A DNA stretch of 64,000 nucleotides from Candidatus Rariloculaceae bacterium. GTDB lineage: Bacteria; Pseudomonadota; Gammaproteobacteria; Steroidobacterales; Rariloculaceae. Positions within the stretch are counted from its first letter, which is position 1. Every line of letters begins with the position of its first letter. Location: assembly GCA_965262365.1 (NCBI GenBank), contig OZ253541.1, positions 5,417,648 to 5,481,647 on the forward strand, written 5' to 3'. Made by a program: the position numbers and the translations under genes. Under the pieces are notes generated by a model. The model did not search any database. It saw only the letters and a program-made list of their open reading frames with translations, and had not been told where the DNA came from. Below are positions 32,355 through 51,073 of the stretch, in pieces.

Positions 32355-33391
32355 GCTCCTTCGTCGGTCGCCCCGTCGAGCCCGGGTTGCTCGACGCCGG
32401 CGAGAATGGTGCGTGCCAGTTGATGTACGGCCAGGGCATACATGACGCTGCGGTTGTAGCGGGTAATGACCCGGAAGTTGTGAAACCCGACCCAGTATTC
32501 CTGCCCGTTTTCTCCTTCAAGGGACAGCAGCGTGACGGGTGTTTCTTCGGGCAGACCCGCGGAGACCTCGTAACCGGCTGCGCGCACCGAAGCCAGGGTA
32601 TCGTTCAGGTTCATGCTGTTGGCCGCTTCCCCGGGCGTCCGGCCGCTGCCGAGCGTCGCGCGCTCCACCACCGTTTCGCCTGCCCGCCAGCCGTGGGCCT
32701 TGAAGTAATTCGCGACGCTGGCGAACACGTCTTCCCAATCCTCCCAAAGGTCACGAATGCCGTCGCCGTTGCCGTCAACGGCGTAGGCGCGAAAGCTTGA
32801 CGAAATGAACTGGCCGGCGCCCATCGCGCCTGCATAGGAGCCCAGGAGTGTCTCGGGGTCCATTCCTTCCTCCCGCGCGAGCAGGAAGAACGCCTCCAGT
32901 TCCGAGCTGAAGAATCCGGATCGCGGCGGATAGGCGAAGGCCAGCGTCGCCAGTGCGTCGATGACCCGGTAGCTGCCCATGCGCCTGCCGTAGTTGGTTT
33001 CCACGCCCAGTATGGCCACCAGCAACTCCGGCGCAACGCCGAACGATTCGCTGGCCCGGGCGATTTCGTCGGCATGCTGCTGCCAGAACTCCACACCGCC
33101 ATCGATACGGGTGTCGGTCAGAAAGATGTTGCGGTATTCGTGCCAGGTGAGTACCCGTTCGGCGGGTCTGGATATGGCTTCGAGGATGCTCTGTTCGATC
33201 TCGGCCCGTTCCAGGATCTCGGCCAGTTCGCCGGCGTTGAAACCGTGTTCCTCGACCATTCGTTCGACAAAGGCGTCTCTTTCCCTGTCCACAACAGCCG
33301 TATCGACGTCAACGGCCCGGACGGCATTCGCCGCCATCGATAACCCGATGATCAAGAGCCCGACGGGTACGGGCTGAAGAGTAGTTGTCAC
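32351..33391 (-). CDS. mltB: Lytic murein transglycosylase B
   Basis: ILGVETNYG, GSYAGAMGAGQFISSS, SVANYF, ITRYNRSVMYA. Confidence 0.9.
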   Translation of the reverse strand: MTTTLQPVPVGLLIIGLSMAANAVRAVDVDTAVVDRERDAFVERMVEEHGFNAGELAEILERAEIEQSILEAISRPAERVLTWHEYRNIFLTDTRIDGGVEFWQQHADEIARASESFGVAPELLVAILGVETNYGRRMGSYRVIDALATLAFAYPPRSGFFSSELEAFFLLAREEGMDPETLLGSYAGAMGAGQFISSSFRAYAVDGNGDGIRDLWEDWEDVFASVANYFKAHGWRAGETVVERATLGSGRTPGEAANSMNLNDTLASVRAAGYEVSAGLPEETPVTLLSLEGENGQEYWVGFHNFRVITRYNRSVMYALAVHQLARTILAGVEQPGLDGATDEGA

Positions 33392-34524
33392 GTTGCCAAT
33401 AGCCTCCGGTTGCCGTGGATCGCCGTGAGAATGCCGAGTCCCGCCATCAGGGTCACCATTGAGGTGCCGCCGAGGCTGATCAGCGGCAGCGGCACGCCGA
33501 CCACGGGCAGCAGGCCGCATACCATGCCGGCATTCACGAATACGTGCAGGAAGAACGTCAGGCTCACCCCGCCCGCCAGCAGGCGGCCGAAGTTGTCCTG
33601 CGCCTGGGCGGCGATGTAAAGCCCGCGCCCGACCACCAGGAGATAAAGTCCCAGCAGCAACAGCAGCCCGAGCAGGCCGAACTCCTCACCCATGACGGCG
33701 AAGATGAAGTCGGTCGAGCGCTCCGGCAGGAATTCCAGGTGAGATTGGGTGCCGTTCAGCCAACCCCTGCCGAACAGCCCGCCGGAACCCAGCGCGATCT
33801 TCGACTGGATGATGTTGTAACCGGCCCCGAGCGGGTCCGATTCGGGATTGAGGAACGTCAGCACGCGGGCACGCTGGTAATCCAGCATATTCATCCACAG
33901 CACCGGGGCCATGCCCAGCGCGAGCACGCTGAACAGCGCGATCACGCGCAGCCTGACGCCCGCCAGGAGCACCGTGAGAGCCCCGGCCGCTAACACCAGC
34001 GCCGCCGTTCCGAGGTCGGGCTGGCGGAGAATCAGCAGCGTGGGGACCGCGATGATGCAGGCGATCACGGTCAGGTTGAGCAAGTTCGGCGGAAGGGCGC
34101 GATCATGCATGTACCACGCGATCATCAACGGTACAGCGAGCTTGAGAATCTCCGATGGCTGGAACCGAATGACTCCCCAATCCAGCCAGCGTTGCGCGCC
34201 GTTTACCATCGCACCGTCGACCAGCACCCAGAGCAGCAGCCCTACGGAGGCGAGAAAAATCCATGGAGTCCACATTCGCAACGTCGACGGCGCAACCTGG
34301 GCGGCCACGACAAAGGCCAGAAGAGCGACGGACAATCGGATTCCCTGTCGCAGCAGCAGCGGCATGTTCTGGTCCACGGCGCTGTACAGAATCACCAATC
34401 CGAGGGCGCACACGGCAAGGCTGCTGAATGCCAGCGGCAGGTCCAGCACGAAGCTTCGCCCCAGGAATGGATTCCTGATGGCGGCCTGCGATGTGCCGGG
34501 TTCGAGGATGATGCGTCTAGCCAT
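33388..34524 (-). CDS. rodA: Rod shape-determining peptidoglycan polymerase
   Basis: GAQRWL, FQPSEILKL, QPDLGTA, FLPERSTDFIF. Confidence 0.95.
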   Translation of the reverse strand: MARRIILEPGTSQAAIRNPFLGRSFVLDLPLAFSSLAVCALGLVILYSAVDQNMPLLLRQGIRLSVALLAFVVAAQVAPSTLRMWTPWIFLASVGLLLWVLVDGAMVNGAQRWLDWGVIRFQPSEILKLAVPLMIAWYMHDRALPPNLLNLTVIACIIAVPTLLILRQPDLGTAALVLAAGALTVLLAGVRLRVIALFSVLALGMAPVLWMNMLDYQRARVLTFLNPESDPLGAGYNIIQSKIALGSGGLFGRGWLNGTQSHLEFLPERSTDFIFAVMGEEFGLLGLLLLLGLYLLVVGRGLYIAAQAQDNFGRLLAGGVSLTFFLHVFVNAGMVCGLLPVVGVPLPLISLGGTSMVTLMAGLGILTAIHGNRRLLAT

Positions 34525-36418
34525 AGTCCTCAGCCGCCAGATAGAAGTCCAGGATCTTGCGCGCCGCCTGCGCGGGCAGACCGCTTCCGGCACCGCCGTT
34601 CTCCACCACCACGGCGACCGCGATGGTCGGGTTGTCGGCCGGTGCGAAGGCGATGAACAGGCCGTGGTCCCTGAGGCGTTCCTCCAGTGCCTCCTCGATG
34701 TACTCCTCGTCCCGGGCCAGGGAAAACACCTGTGCCGTTCCGGTCTTGCCGGCAACGCGGTACGGCGTTTGTCGCATCGAGAGGCGCGCGGTGCCCCGCG
34801 GATCCTCGATCACGCCGATCATCGCTTCACGAATGCGCTGCCAATGCCGCGGATCGATCTCCGGGAGCGTGGCCAACCGGACCGGATCGATCTCGACGAT
34901 GTCGCCGCTGACGGCGGTCTGCATTGCCACAACCACGCGGGGCTTCAATCGCGTGCCCGCCGCCAGTACCGCGGTTGCGTGCGCCAGTTGCAGCGGCGTT
35001 GCCGTGGTGTAGCCCTGGCCGATGCCCGCGATGACGGTCTCGCCCGGGAACCAGACCTGGTCCTCGCGCCTGGAAAAATTGTTCCGCTTCCATTCCCTGG
35101 AAGGCACCACGCCGCGGTTCTCCCCGACGATGTCGATCCCGGTCTGGCTGCCGAACCCGAAGATTCTCAGCGAGGAGTCGATGGCGTCGATCCCGATGTT
35201 CACTGCCAACCGGTAGAAGTACACGTCGCACGATTCCACCACGGCCTGGTGCAGGTCCATCAGGCCGTGCCCTTCGCGCCTCCAGTCCCGGTACTGATGG
35301 GTCTGGCCGGGCAGGGAGTAGTGCCCGCCGCAATAACTGGGATCGTCCGGATTGAGGGCGTTGATGTTCATCGCCGCGATCCCGAGGAACGGCTTGATGG
35401 TGGAGCCCGGTGGATAGCGGCCGGCCAACGCCCGATTGAACAGCGGCTTGTCGGGATCCGTCTCAAGCTCGCGGTAACCGCTGTGGCTCAAACCGGACGC
35501 AAACCGGTTCGGATCGAACGCGGGCGTGCTGACCAGCGCCAGTATGTCTCCCGTGGCGGGTTCGATCGCGACCACCGCCCCGCGCAAGCCCTCCATGGCC
35601 TTCTGGGCGGCCAGTTGAAGCTGAATGTCGAGACTGACCACCAGGTTGTCGCCGGGGATGGGCCAGCGGGTGTCCAGGCTGCCCGGAATCGAATCGGGCG
35701 ACGCCTCGACGGCAGCGGGATCCACAAGCACGCGCCCCTGCGCGTTGACCAACTGCTGGCGGAAGCCGACTGTGCCGTGCAATACGTCCTGATAACTGCG
35801 CTCAACGCCGCTGATGCCGATGAGCGTGGTCGCTGCGTAATTGGCGCGGTCGATCCGTTCCATGTTCCCGGCGCTGATGCTGCCCAGGTAGCCGATGGAG
35901 TGCCCGGTCAGATCGCCGTAGGGATAGTGTCGGATCAGGCCCTCGCGAATGTCGATGCCGCTGAATCGATGGCGCCGTGCGGAAAATCGCGCGGCTTGGG
36001 TTTCGGTCAGGTTCGCCAGCACGATACTTTCGAACCTGCGGTGCGAACTCAATGCGCCGATCAGGTTGTCGCGCTCCGCCGGGTCCAGCAACTGCAGCGC
36101 CTCAAGCGCTTGCAGCGATGCCTGAAGATCGGCAATCTGCTCGGGGATCGCCACCAGTTCCCACGCGGGCAGGTTTTCCGCCAGAAGCTGTCCATTGCGA
36201 TCGAAGATCAGGCCTCGCGTGGGCGCCAGAGGTTCGATTCTCACGCGATTGCCCTGGGCCAGTTCCGCGAAGACTTCGTGGTGCGAGATCTGGATCTGGA
36301 ACAGCCGCCAGACCAGGACGCTGCTCATTGCCAGCACGAGGAAGGCGGTAAACGCCAGCCGAGTAGTGACCAGGCGCTGTTCCTTCCAGCGGTCCCGCAT
36401 CTGGATCTGGCCGCGCAT
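34517..36418 (-). CDS. mrdA: Penicillin-binding protein 2
   Basis: APTRGLIFDRNG, YPPGSTIKPF, ESCDVYFY, AGKTGTAQV. Confidence 0.95.
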   Translation of the reverse strand: MRGQIQMRDRWKEQRLVTTRLAFTAFLVLAMSSVLVWRLFQIQISHHEVFAELAQGNRVRIEPLAPTRGLIFDRNGQLLAENLPAWELVAIPEQIADLQASLQALEALQLLDPAERDNLIGALSSHRRFESIVLANLTETQAARFSARRHRFSGIDIREGLIRHYPYGDLTGHSIGYLGSISAGNMERIDRANYAATTLIGISGVERSYQDVLHGTVGFRQQLVNAQGRVLVDPAAVEASPDSIPGSLDTRWPIPGDNLVVSLDIQLQLAAQKAMEGLRGAVVAIEPATGDILALVSTPAFDPNRFASGLSHSGYRELETDPDKPLFNRALAGRYPPGSTIKPFLGIAAMNINALNPDDPSYCGGHYSLPGQTHQYRDWRREGHGLMDLHQAVVESCDVYFYRLAVNIGIDAIDSSLRIFGFGSQTGIDIVGENRGVVPSREWKRNNFSRREDQVWFPGETVIAGIGQGYTTATPLQLAHATAVLAAGTRLKPRVVVAMQTAVSGDIVEIDPVRLATLPEIDPRHWQRIREAMIGVIEDPRGTARLSMRQTPYRVAGKTGTAQVFSLARDEEYIEEALEERLRDHGLFIAFAPADNPTIAVAVVVENGGAGSGLPAQAARKILDFYLAAEDYG

Positions 36419-36421
36419 CCT

Positions 36422-36910
36422 CTAGGACTCCTTCATCCTGTCGCGGCCGAATCCACCCAGCGAGACCATGACCACGGGCCATAGCAGCGCGCTGGTCAGG
36501 AGCGGCGCCCAGGTGATCGCACCTGGAATGGCGCGCTGACCGACGCCATCGATCCAGAACAGCAGGAAGTGATACAGAACCAGCATCAACGCCACCGTCA
36601 CGGCCACCTGCCAGGCCAGAGCGACGCGAATGCGAAGGCGGAGTTTCAACGCCACGTAGACGACCGGCAGCAACGCGAGGGCATGCTTTCCGAGCGGGGA
36701 CCCCGTGAGCATGTCCAGCGCCAGGCCCATGGCGAAGGCGCTCAACAGGCCGACGTGCTGGGGTCTGGCGATGGCCCAGTAAATAAGCACCAACGGGACC
36801 CAGTCCGGGCGAAACGGCACAACGCGATCCCCGAGGGGGACGATCGCCAGCGCCAGCGCCAGGACGAAGGTCGCCAGGGGAAGGAGCAATGGCGATATTC
36901 GCCCGGTCAT
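36422..36910 (-). CDS. mreD: Rod shape-determining protein MreD
   Basis: Hydrophobic; FRPDWVPLVLIYW; position in the mre operon. Confidence 0.9.
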   Translation of the reverse strand: MTGRISPLLLPLATFVLALALAIVPLGDRVVPFRPDWVPLVLIYWAIARPQHVGLLSAFAMGLALDMLTGSPLGKHALALLPVVYVALKLRLRIRVALAWQVAVTVALMLVLYHFLLFWIDGVGQRAIPGAITWAPLLTSALLWPVVMVSLGGFGRDRMKES

Positions 36911-37791
36911 CGCCCGGCCTCCACCAATCCGCTGGCCGCGGCAGTCAGTCCAACGTCCTCGGTGTCCATCACCAGCAGTACTTCGCGTCCCCGGTCCAGT
37001 CCCGCGCTGGGTTGTGCGAGCACGTACGCGAAAGCTTGACCCGGGCGGCGCTGCACGACCGTCACCCGGCCTACCGGGTATCCGGGCGGGAATACACCGC
37101 CGAGTCCCGACGTCACGAGCAGGTCGCCCTCCTGGACATCGGCGCTGTTGGTCAGGTAGGGCAGGTTCAGCAGGCCGGTTTCTCCGGTGCCCAGGGCGAT
37201 GGTCCGCAGGCCGGTCCGGTTCACGGCGACGGGCAGGCCGTGATTGGCGTCGTTGATGAGAACGGCCTGGGAGGTCAGGGCATCGACGATGTCGACCTGC
37301 CCGACAACGCCATCGGCGTCAAGCAAGGCCTGACCGGCGTAGACGCCGTTCAGGACGCCTCGATTGATGGTGAATCGCTGCCGGTAGGGATCCGGGTCCA
37401 CGGAGAGAATTTCGGCGACCAGCATTCGGTCCGCGACTCGCTGGCTGGAATCCAGCATGGCGCGCAGACGATCGTTCTCCGCCTCCAGCGTGTCCATGCG
37501 CTGCAGGCGTACGTCGTAGTTGCGAAGCTCGTTTTTCAGGCGGTCGTTCTCGGACAGCAGCGTATCGCGGTTGGCGAAGGTTTCCCGCGCCCAGCGCCAG
37601 GTGGCGAACGGTCGATCGACTCCGACCTGCAGCGGATAGACGATGATCGAAGCAACCTGGCGAACGCGGTTCAGAAACTCGGTTTCCCTGTGATCCAGGA
37701 CCATCATCGTCGCGCTGACGGCCGCGAGCAGCGTCAGGCGAACGCCCAACGACGCAGGCGGTTGTCTGTTGCCCGATTCAACTCCCGGCAT
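36907..37791 (-). CDS. mreC: Rod shape-determining protein MreC
   Basis: LEAENDRLRAML, GDLLVTSGLGGVFPPGYPVG. Confidence 0.9.
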   Translation of the reverse strand: MPGVESGNRQPPASLGVRLTLLAAVSATMMVLDHRETEFLNRVRQVASIIVYPLQVGVDRPFATWRWARETFANRDTLLSENDRLKNELRNYDVRLQRMDTLEAENDRLRAMLDSSQRVADRMLVAEILSVDPDPYRQRFTINRGVLNGVYAGQALLDADGVVGQVDIVDALTSQAVLINDANHGLPVAVNRTGLRTIALGTGETGLLNLPYLTNSADVQEGDLLVTSGLGGVFPPGYPVGRVTVVQRRPGQAFAYVLAQPSAGLDRGREVLLVMDTEDVGLTAAASGLVEAGR

Positions 37792-37888
37792 CTGTCACCT
37801 GGATTTCAGCCGATGGCGCCACTGCGTACCCGGACCCCGATACTCGGATGCGGTACGTTGCATGGTGCCAGTTTACCCGACGCGTCGC

Positions 37889-39330
<1,442 letters not shown>

Positions 39331-39387
39331 TACGCCATTATCAGTTGGATAGAGCACTAGGATCCGGGCTGATAACCCACCACCGGG

Positions 39388-40839
39388 ATGCACGACGCAA
39401 CCATTGCGCAACTGGCGGAGGCCCTCCGGACCGGCAGGGTTTCCTCGGTCGAACTCACCGACCTCTTCCTTGCCCGAATCGAGCGTCTCGACGGTGACCT
39501 GAACGCCTTTATAACCGTCACTGCGGAGGCGGCCCGCGCCCAGGCGGAGCAGGCAGACGCACGGCTTGCCACCGGGGACGCGACGCCGTTGACGGGCATC
39601 CCCATTGCCCACAAGGACATTTTCTGTACCCGGGGGGTCCGGACATCGTGCGGCTCGCGCATGCTCGACAATTTCGTTTCCCCGTACGACGCCACCGCGG
39701 TTGCCCGGCTTCGGGAGGCGGGCGCCGTCATGCTCGGCAAGACCAACATGGATGAATTCGCCATGGGTTCATCCAACGAGACCAGCTACTACGGGCCGGT
39801 GCGCAACCCCTGGAACAGGGACAGGGTTCCGGGCGGGTCATCGGGTGGTTCGGCGGCGGCGGTGGCGGCGCGCCTCGTGCCCGGTGCGACCGGCACCGAT
39901 ACGGGCGGGTCGATCCGCCAGCCCGCCGCCCTGTGCGGCATCACCGGCATCAAGCCCACCTACGGCCGCGTATCCCGCTGGGGCATGGTCGCCTTCGCCT
40001 CCAGCCTGGACCAGGCCGGTACGCTGGCGCGCACGGCAGAGGACGCCGCATTGATGTTGCAGGTCATGTCGGGCCCCGATCCGCGGGACTCAACCGCGCT
40101 GCCTGACCCCGTGCCCGACTACGCCGCCGCGCTGGCGCGGCCCCTTGGGCGGATGACCATCGGCGTAGTGGACGATTTCTTCGACGACGGGCTCGATCCG
40201 GACAATGCGCAGCGCATTCGCGATGCCCTGTCGGTCCTGGAACGGCAGGGTGCGACGCTCAAGCGCATTCGACTCGAAAATATCGGACTGTCCGTGCCCG
40301 CCTACTATGTCGTCGCGCCGGCGGAGGCCTCGTCCAACCTGTCGCGATTCGACGGCGTGCGCTTCGGACACCGCGCCCAGGGTGTCGGCGACCTGACCGA
40401 GCTGTACATGCGTACCCGCGGGGAAGGCTTCGGTGCGGAGGTGAAGCGGCGCATCCTGACGGGCACCTATGTGTTGTCTGCGGGCTATTTCGATGCCTAC
40501 TACCTGCAGGCGCAAAGGGTGCGACAACTCATCAGCGAGGACTTCGCCCGCGCCTTCGCCGGGGTGGATGTCATCGCCGGCCCCACCACGCCGACGCCCG
40601 CGTTCCCCCTGGGCCAGAAGCTCGATGACCCCATCCAGATGTACCTCAACGACATCTATACCATCGGCGCGCCGCTCGCCGGCCTGCCGGCGCTGTCCAT
40701 GCCGTGCGGCCTGGTGCGCGGCCTGCCGGTGGGCCTGCAACTCATCGGACCGCATCTCAGCGAGAGCCGGTTGCTGAACGCCGCTCACTGCTTCCAGAGG
40801 GAGACGGACTGGCACACATTCACGCCGCCGGGGTATTGA
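39388..40839 (+). CDS. gatA: Amidotransferase subunit A
   Basis: [40 protein letters not shown]. Confidence 0.95.
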   Translation: MHDATIAQLAEALRTGRVSSVELTDLFLARIERLDGDLNAFITVTAEAARAQAEQADARLATGDATPLTGIPIAHKDIFCTRGVRTSCGSRMLDNFVSPYDATAVARLREAGAVMLGKTNMDEFAMGSSNETSYYGPVRNPWNRDRVPGGSSGGSAAAVAARLVPGATGTDTGGSIRQPAALCGITGIKPTYGRVSRWGMVAFASSLDQAGTLARTAEDAALMLQVMSGPDPRDSTALPDPVPDYAAALARPLGRMTIGVVDDFFDDGLDPDNAQRIRDALSVLERQGATLKRIRLENIGLSVPAYYVVAPAEASSNLSRFDGVRFGHRAQGVGDLTELYMRTRGEGFGAEVKRRILTGTYVLSAGYFDAYYLQAQRVRQLISEDFARAFAGVDVIAGPTTPTPAFPLGQKLDDPIQMYLNDIYTIGAPLAGLPALSMPCGLVRGLPVGLQLIGPHLSESRLLNAAHCFQRETDWHTFTPPGY

Positions 40840-40841
40840 GA

Positions 40842-42281
40842 ATGCATTGGGAAGCCGTCATCGGATTGGAGATTCATACCCAGCTTGCCACCGCGAGCAA
40901 GATCTTCTCCGGTTCCTCGACGCGTTACGGCGCGCCGCCCAACAGCCAGGCGTCGCTCGTGGACCTGGGGTATCCGGGTGTGCTGCCGGTGCTCAATGCC
41001 GACGCCGTTCGCATGGCCATCAAGTTCGGCCTGGCGACGGGCTGTACCGTCGCCAGGCGCTCGGTGTTCGCGCGCAAGAACTACTTTTATCCCGATCTGC
41101 CCAAGGGGTACCAGATTTCCCAGTACGAGTTGCCCATCGTTCACGGCGGCCACCTGGATATCGTCGGGGAAGACGGCGGCGTAAAGACCATCGGGATAAC
41201 GCGGGCTCACCTTGAGGAGGATGCCGGCAAGTCCCTCCACGAGGACTTCGAGGGGCTCAGCGGCATCGATCTGAATCGCGCCGGAACACCGCTCCTGGAG
41301 ATCGTCTCGGAACCCGACCTGCGCAGCGCCCGGGAAGCGGGCAACTACATGCGTGCCATCCACACGCTGGTGCGGTATCTCGGCATCTCGGACGGCAACA
41401 TGCAGGAGGGCTCGTTCCGCTGCGACGCCAATGTCTCGATCAGGCCACGGGGGCAGACCCGGCTGGGCACGAGGACGGAGATCAAGAACCTGAATTCGTT
41501 CCGGTTCGTGGAAAAGGCTATCCAGGTGGAGATCGAGCGGCAGACCGACGTGGTCGAGGACGGGGGCAGAGTGGTGCAGGAAACCCGCCTGTACGACTCA
41601 GACCGCAACGAAACCCGCGCCATGCGTGGCAAGGAGGAAGCCAACGACTACCGCTACTTCCCCGATCCGGACTTGTTGCCGGTAGTCGTCGGTGAATCCC
41701 TGATCGAGCGGTTGCAAGCGGGATTGCCCGAATTGCCGGCCGCAAAGCGGGCGCGCTTCGTCGAACAATACGGTCTGTCTGCCTACGACGCCGATGTGCT
41801 GACCGCAACTCCGGAATCGGCGGACTACTACGAGACGGCGGTGAGCGCGAGTCGATCTGCCTCGCCGAAGACGGTATCCAACTGGTTCCAGGGCGAGCTG
41901 ACGGCGATCCTGAAGCGCGCAGCCGTGGAGGTGGGCGACACCCGGGTCGAAGCCGCAACGCTCGCCTCATTGGTCGATCGGGTCGCCGACGGCACCCTGT
42001 CGGGCCGCATGGGGAAGGAAGTCCTGGAGGCCCTGTGGGACGGCGAAGGGACCGTGGATGAGATCATCGAGGCGCGGGGGCTCAGGCAGATCAGCGACGC
42101 CGGGGCCATCGAGGCGCTGGTGGATCGGGTGATCGCCGCCCACCCGGAGCAGGTGGCGCAATTCAGAAGCGGCAAGAGCAAGGTCATCGGCTTTCTGGTC
42201 GGCCAGGTGATGAAGGCCTCCCGGGGCAAGGCCAACCCGCGCCAGGTGAACGAAATGCTCAGGAGCAAGCTCTCCGGCTGA
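40842..42281 (+). CDS. gatB: Amidotransferase subunit B
   Basis: [42 protein letters not shown]. Confidence 0.95.
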   Translation: MHWEAVIGLEIHTQLATASKIFSGSSTRYGAPPNSQASLVDLGYPGVLPVLNADAVRMAIKFGLATGCTVARRSVFARKNYFYPDLPKGYQISQYELPIVHGGHLDIVGEDGGVKTIGITRAHLEEDAGKSLHEDFEGLSGIDLNRAGTPLLEIVSEPDLRSAREAGNYMRAIHTLVRYLGISDGNMQEGSFRCDANVSIRPRGQTRLGTRTEIKNLNSFRFVEKAIQVEIERQTDVVEDGGRVVQETRLYDSDRNETRAMRGKEEANDYRYFPDPDLLPVVVGESLIERLQAGLPELPAAKRARFVEQYGLSAYDADVLTATPESADYYETAVSASRSASPKTVSNWFQGELTAILKRAAVEVGDTRVEAATLASLVDRVADGTLSGRMGKEVLEALWDGEGTVDEIIEARGLRQISDAGAIEALVDRVIAAHPEQVAQFRSGKSKVIGFLVGQVMKASRGKANPRQVNEMLRSKLSG

Positions 42282-42354
42282 ACCAGGGAAGTCGCACACT
42301 GGCGGACCCGGTCCGGGCCGGGTATTCTTGCTTTTTTCGCCACGGCGGATTGGA

Positions 42355-42822
42355 ATGTTGAAGCAACCCAAGACAAAGTCGGGTCCCCAACCGGCCAGGG
42401 CGCCGGCGAAAGCCGGGCCGAGTGCAGCCGCTCCCGCCGCGCAGCCAGGGTCGACGCCCGTAGCGACGTCAACCGCGACGGTGGGCGCCACCCTGTCCAT
42501 CAAGGGCGACGTCACCGGCAATGGCGATCTCTCCGTGAGCGGAACCATCGAAGGCACCATCGATCTCGCCGACAACGAAGTGACCGTGGAGGAATCCGGC
42601 CGGGTCAAGGGGAGCATCGTGGCGAAACGAGCGCAGATCAAGGGCACGGTGGATGGCGACATCGCGGCATTGGGCAAGATCACCATCAGTTCAACCGGTA
42701 AGGTGCAGGGTTCGATCGTCGCTCCCCGTGTCGAGGTTGAGGACGGCGCGAAGTTCAGGGGCCGTATCGACATGGAATTCGACGAGAGCACCGGTGCTCC
42801 GGTAAGCCTGCCGAAGAACTGA
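42355..42822 (+). CDS. Bactofilin (polymer-forming cytoskeletal protein)
   Basis: IKGDVTGNGDL.VSGTIEGTI, VKGSIVAK, VEDGAKFRGRIDM. Confidence 0.85.
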   Translation: MLKQPKTKSGPQPARAPAKAGPSAAAPAAQPGSTPVATSTATVGATLSIKGDVTGNGDLSVSGTIEGTIDLADNEVTVEESGRVKGSIVAKRAQIKGTVDGDIAALGKITISSTGKVQGSIVAPRVEVEDGAKFRGRIDMEFDESTGAPVSLPKN

Positions 42823-42829
42823 GCAATTT

Positions 42830-43453
42830 GTGGAGGCGGCACCAACCAACCGTCCTGATCGGAACGGGGACCCCAACCGAACACAGCCTCCGGAGAGTTG
42901 GTCGTACGAGCACACGCGAATCTTGCCGGAGGCGTTCGAGGGCCTCGATACCGGCGCGACGCTGAACATCCTCGATGCGGGTCCGGCCGAACCGCAGACC
43001 ATCGGCTTCCTTCGCCGCTACCGTTGCCGGTTCTACGTCGCCAACCTGTTCAATCCGTCATTTCCGACGCGCGGGCTCGACTCGGCTCGGGAATACTTCG
43101 ACACCGTCGATCAGGTTCGGTTTGACGTGTGCTTTCTGTGGGATTTCATCAACTATCCCGACAATGATGCCCTTGCGGACTTCGTCTCGATCCTGGCCGA
43201 TCACGTTCACGACAAGACGCGGTTGTATGCCATCGGCGCGTACTCGGCGCAGTTGCCCCTCAGGTCTTATCGATACGCCATTGCGGACGTCGACAAGTTG
43301 GCCACTCGACCGGCAGGCGGCATCGTGCCCCAACCCCGATCACGCAATGACCTCGTCAAGGTCATGCGCGGTTACCTGGTCCATCGGGCCGCCCTTCGGC
43401 GCGATAACAGGCTCGAACTGCTGCTTCGAACGGTCCGTACGAGCTGGAGATGA
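42830..43453 (+). CDS. Hypothetical protein, methyltransferase-like fold
   Basis: NILDAGPA, FDVCFLWDFINY. Confidence 0.55.
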   Translation: MEAAPTNRPDRNGDPNRTQPPESWSYEHTRILPEAFEGLDTGATLNILDAGPAEPQTIGFLRRYRCRFYVANLFNPSFPTRGLDSAREYFDTVDQVRFDVCFLWDFINYPDNDALADFVSILADHVHDKTRLYAIGAYSAQLPLRSYRYAIADVDKLATRPAGGIVPQPRSRNDLVKVMRGYLVHRAALRRDNRLELLLRTVRTSWR

Positions 43454-43493
43454 GCGGCGCCGGCCCATCGGCCGGCGCGGGTGACCATGGAGT

Positions 43494-43537
43494 TTGACAC
43501 TTGACGCTTTCCGAGCTATATAACGACATCGTTATAT
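43494..43537 (+). promoter_or_regulatory. Sigma70 promoter overlapped by a 20-bp palindromic operator (SahR/SamR-like)
   Basis: TTGACA (43494-43499), 17 bp, TATATA (43517-43522); ATATAACGA-CA-TCGTTATAT at 43518-43537. Confidence 0.75.
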
Positions 43538-43549
43538 TCGAATGTCAAA

Positions 43550-49032
<5,483 letters not shown>

Positions 49033-49039
<7 letters not shown>

Positions 49040-49959
49040 GTCGCCTGGCGGCCCGGTTTTTTGTCGGGGACAGTCCCGATCGTGACCCGATCGTGTCCCG
49101 CAAGGTCCCGGTGGGTTTCGACACGGCGGAAGCCGCCAAGGCGCAGCAGGGTTCGTACGGCCCCGGCCTGATCGTTGCCGTGTTCCAGTAGCAGCGTACC
49201 GCCGATCGAAAGCACGCGCGGTGCATCGTCGACGATCGCGCGCAGGCTCTCGAACCCGTCCGCGCCGCCGTCCAGGGCCAGGCGGGGTTCGTGCCGCAGG
49301 TCGCCGGTGAGAAGCGCCTCCTCGTCGGCCGCGACATACGGTGGATTGGCGGCGATGAAGTCGAATTGGTCGTCCGCCAGCGCGTTGAACCAGTGAGACC
49401 GGATCCATTCGACGCGATGCCCGAGGCGCGCGCCGTTGGAGACGGCAACCTCAAGCGCCGGAGCACTGCACTCCACCGCGACCACTCGGCAACGGGGACG
49501 GTGGTGCTTGATGGCAAGGGCGACAGCGCCGCAGCCGCAGCCCGCGTCCAGCACGACGGCGCGCTCGTCCGCGGGCAGTCTTTCCAGGACGCTGTCTACC
49601 AGCAGCTCGGTTTCCGGCCGCGGTACGAGGGTTGCCGGGGACACTTGCAGCGGCAGCGAATGGAACTCGCGCCAGCCGATCAGGTAGGCCACTGGCGTCC
49701 CGGCCGCGCGTCGCTCGATCAACCTGCGAAATCGGGCGGCGTGGCCGGCGTTTACCGTGCGCTCGGGATGGGCGATGAGGCTGCTCCGGGGCTGGCGCAG
49801 CACGAAGCCCAGCAGAACCTCCGCGTCGAGCCGTGCGCTGGAGCTGAATGGCGTGATTCTAGTCAGCGCCCGGTCGATCAACGCGTCGATGCGGCGGTCG
49901 CTTGCATTCGGCGTCGAACTCGGTGCAGCCCTAAATCCCCCTGATGCCGACGACAGCAT
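49033..49959 (-). CDS. prmC: Release factor glutamine methyltransferase
   Basis: [31 protein letters not shown]. Confidence 0.92.
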
Positions 49960-49966
49960 GGCGACT

Positions 49967-51073
49967 TCAGGCCCCGGAAGTCAGCTCGGCAAGTCGCTCT
50001 GCCTGGTGTTCCCGGGCCAGCGGTTCTATGAGCCGGTCGAGTCCGCCCGCAAGGATTTCGTGAAGCTTGTAGAGCGTCAGGTTGATGCGATGATCAGCGA
50101 CCCGGTGCTCCGGAAAGTTATAGGTTCGAATGCGTTCCGAACGGTCGCCGGAACCCACCATCTTGCGTCGCCGCGCTGCAGTCTCCGCCTGTTGCCGGGC
50201 CACGTCCGCATCCTTGAGCTTTGCGCGAAGAAGCGACAGCGCTCTGGCCCGGTTCTTGTGCTGTGACCGCTCGTCCTGGCACTCCACGACGATCCCGCTG
50301 GGCAGGTGCGTAAGGCGCACCGCCGAGTCCGTCTTGTTGACGTGTTGGCCTCCCGCGCCGGAAGCACGGAATGTGTCTACCCGCAGGTCGCCGGGATTGA
50401 TCTCCACGTCGGCCACGTCTTCCGGTTCGGGCATGACCGCAACCGTGCAGGCGGAGGTATGGATCCGGCCCTGGGACTCCGTCTCCGGGACGCGCTGCAC
50501 GCGATGGGTGCCGGACTCGAACTTGAGCCTGGCGTAGGCGCTCTTGCCCGCCACCCGGCAGATCATCTCCTTGTAGCCGCCGTGCTCGCCCTCGTGGCGG
50601 CTGAGGATCTCCATCTGCCAGCCGTTGTTCTCGACAAATCGCTGGTACATCCGAAACAGATCCCCGGCGAAAAGCGCAGCCTCGTCGCCGCCGGTTCCCG
50701 CGCGAATCTCGAGAAACAGGTTGGCGTCGTCATCAGGATCCGGGGGAACGAGCTGGAGCACCAGAGCCTTTTCCCGAACCTCGCGCTCCTGCAAGAAGTT
50801 CTCCAGCTCCGAATTGCCCAGGGCACGTGCTTCCGGGTCATCGCTGGCACGCAGTTCCTCCGCTGCCTCGATGTCGTCGAGCAGCCGCCGGTAGTCGGCA
50901 TGGGCAAGGGCAAGGGGCTCCAGCCGGGCGTACTCCTTTGCCAGGGCACGAAACCTGGGTTGATCGGCGATGACTTCCCGCGTGGCGAGCGACTCGCCGA
51001 TTTCCACGTAGCGTTCAGCCAGGGCCGCAACCCTGGATGCGATGGATGATGCCTGACTTGTGGCTCCGCTCAT
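49967..51073 (-). CDS. prfA: Peptide chain release factor 1
   Basis: [36 protein letters not shown]. Confidence 0.95.
   Translation of the reverse strand: MSGATSQASSIASRVAALAERYVEIGESLATREVIADQPRFRALAKEYARLEPLALAHADYRRLLDDIEAAEELRASDDPEARALGNSELENFLQEREVREKALVLQLVPPDPDDDANLFLEIRAGTGGDEAALFAGDLFRMYQRFVENNGWQMEILSRHEGEHGGYKEMICRVAGKSAYARLKFESGTHRVQRVPETESQGRIHTSACTVAVMPEPEDVADVEINPGDLRVDTFRASGAGGQHVNKTDSAVRLTHLPSGIVVECQDERSQHKNRARALSLLRAKLKDADVARQQAETAARRRKMVGSGDRSERIRTYNFPEHRVADHRINLTLYKLHEILAGGLDRLIEPLAREHQAERLAELTSGA

Noticed and set aside
43454-43549. SAM or cobalamin riboswitch before the met operon
   Set aside because: Leader is under 100 bp and explained by the promoter and operator.
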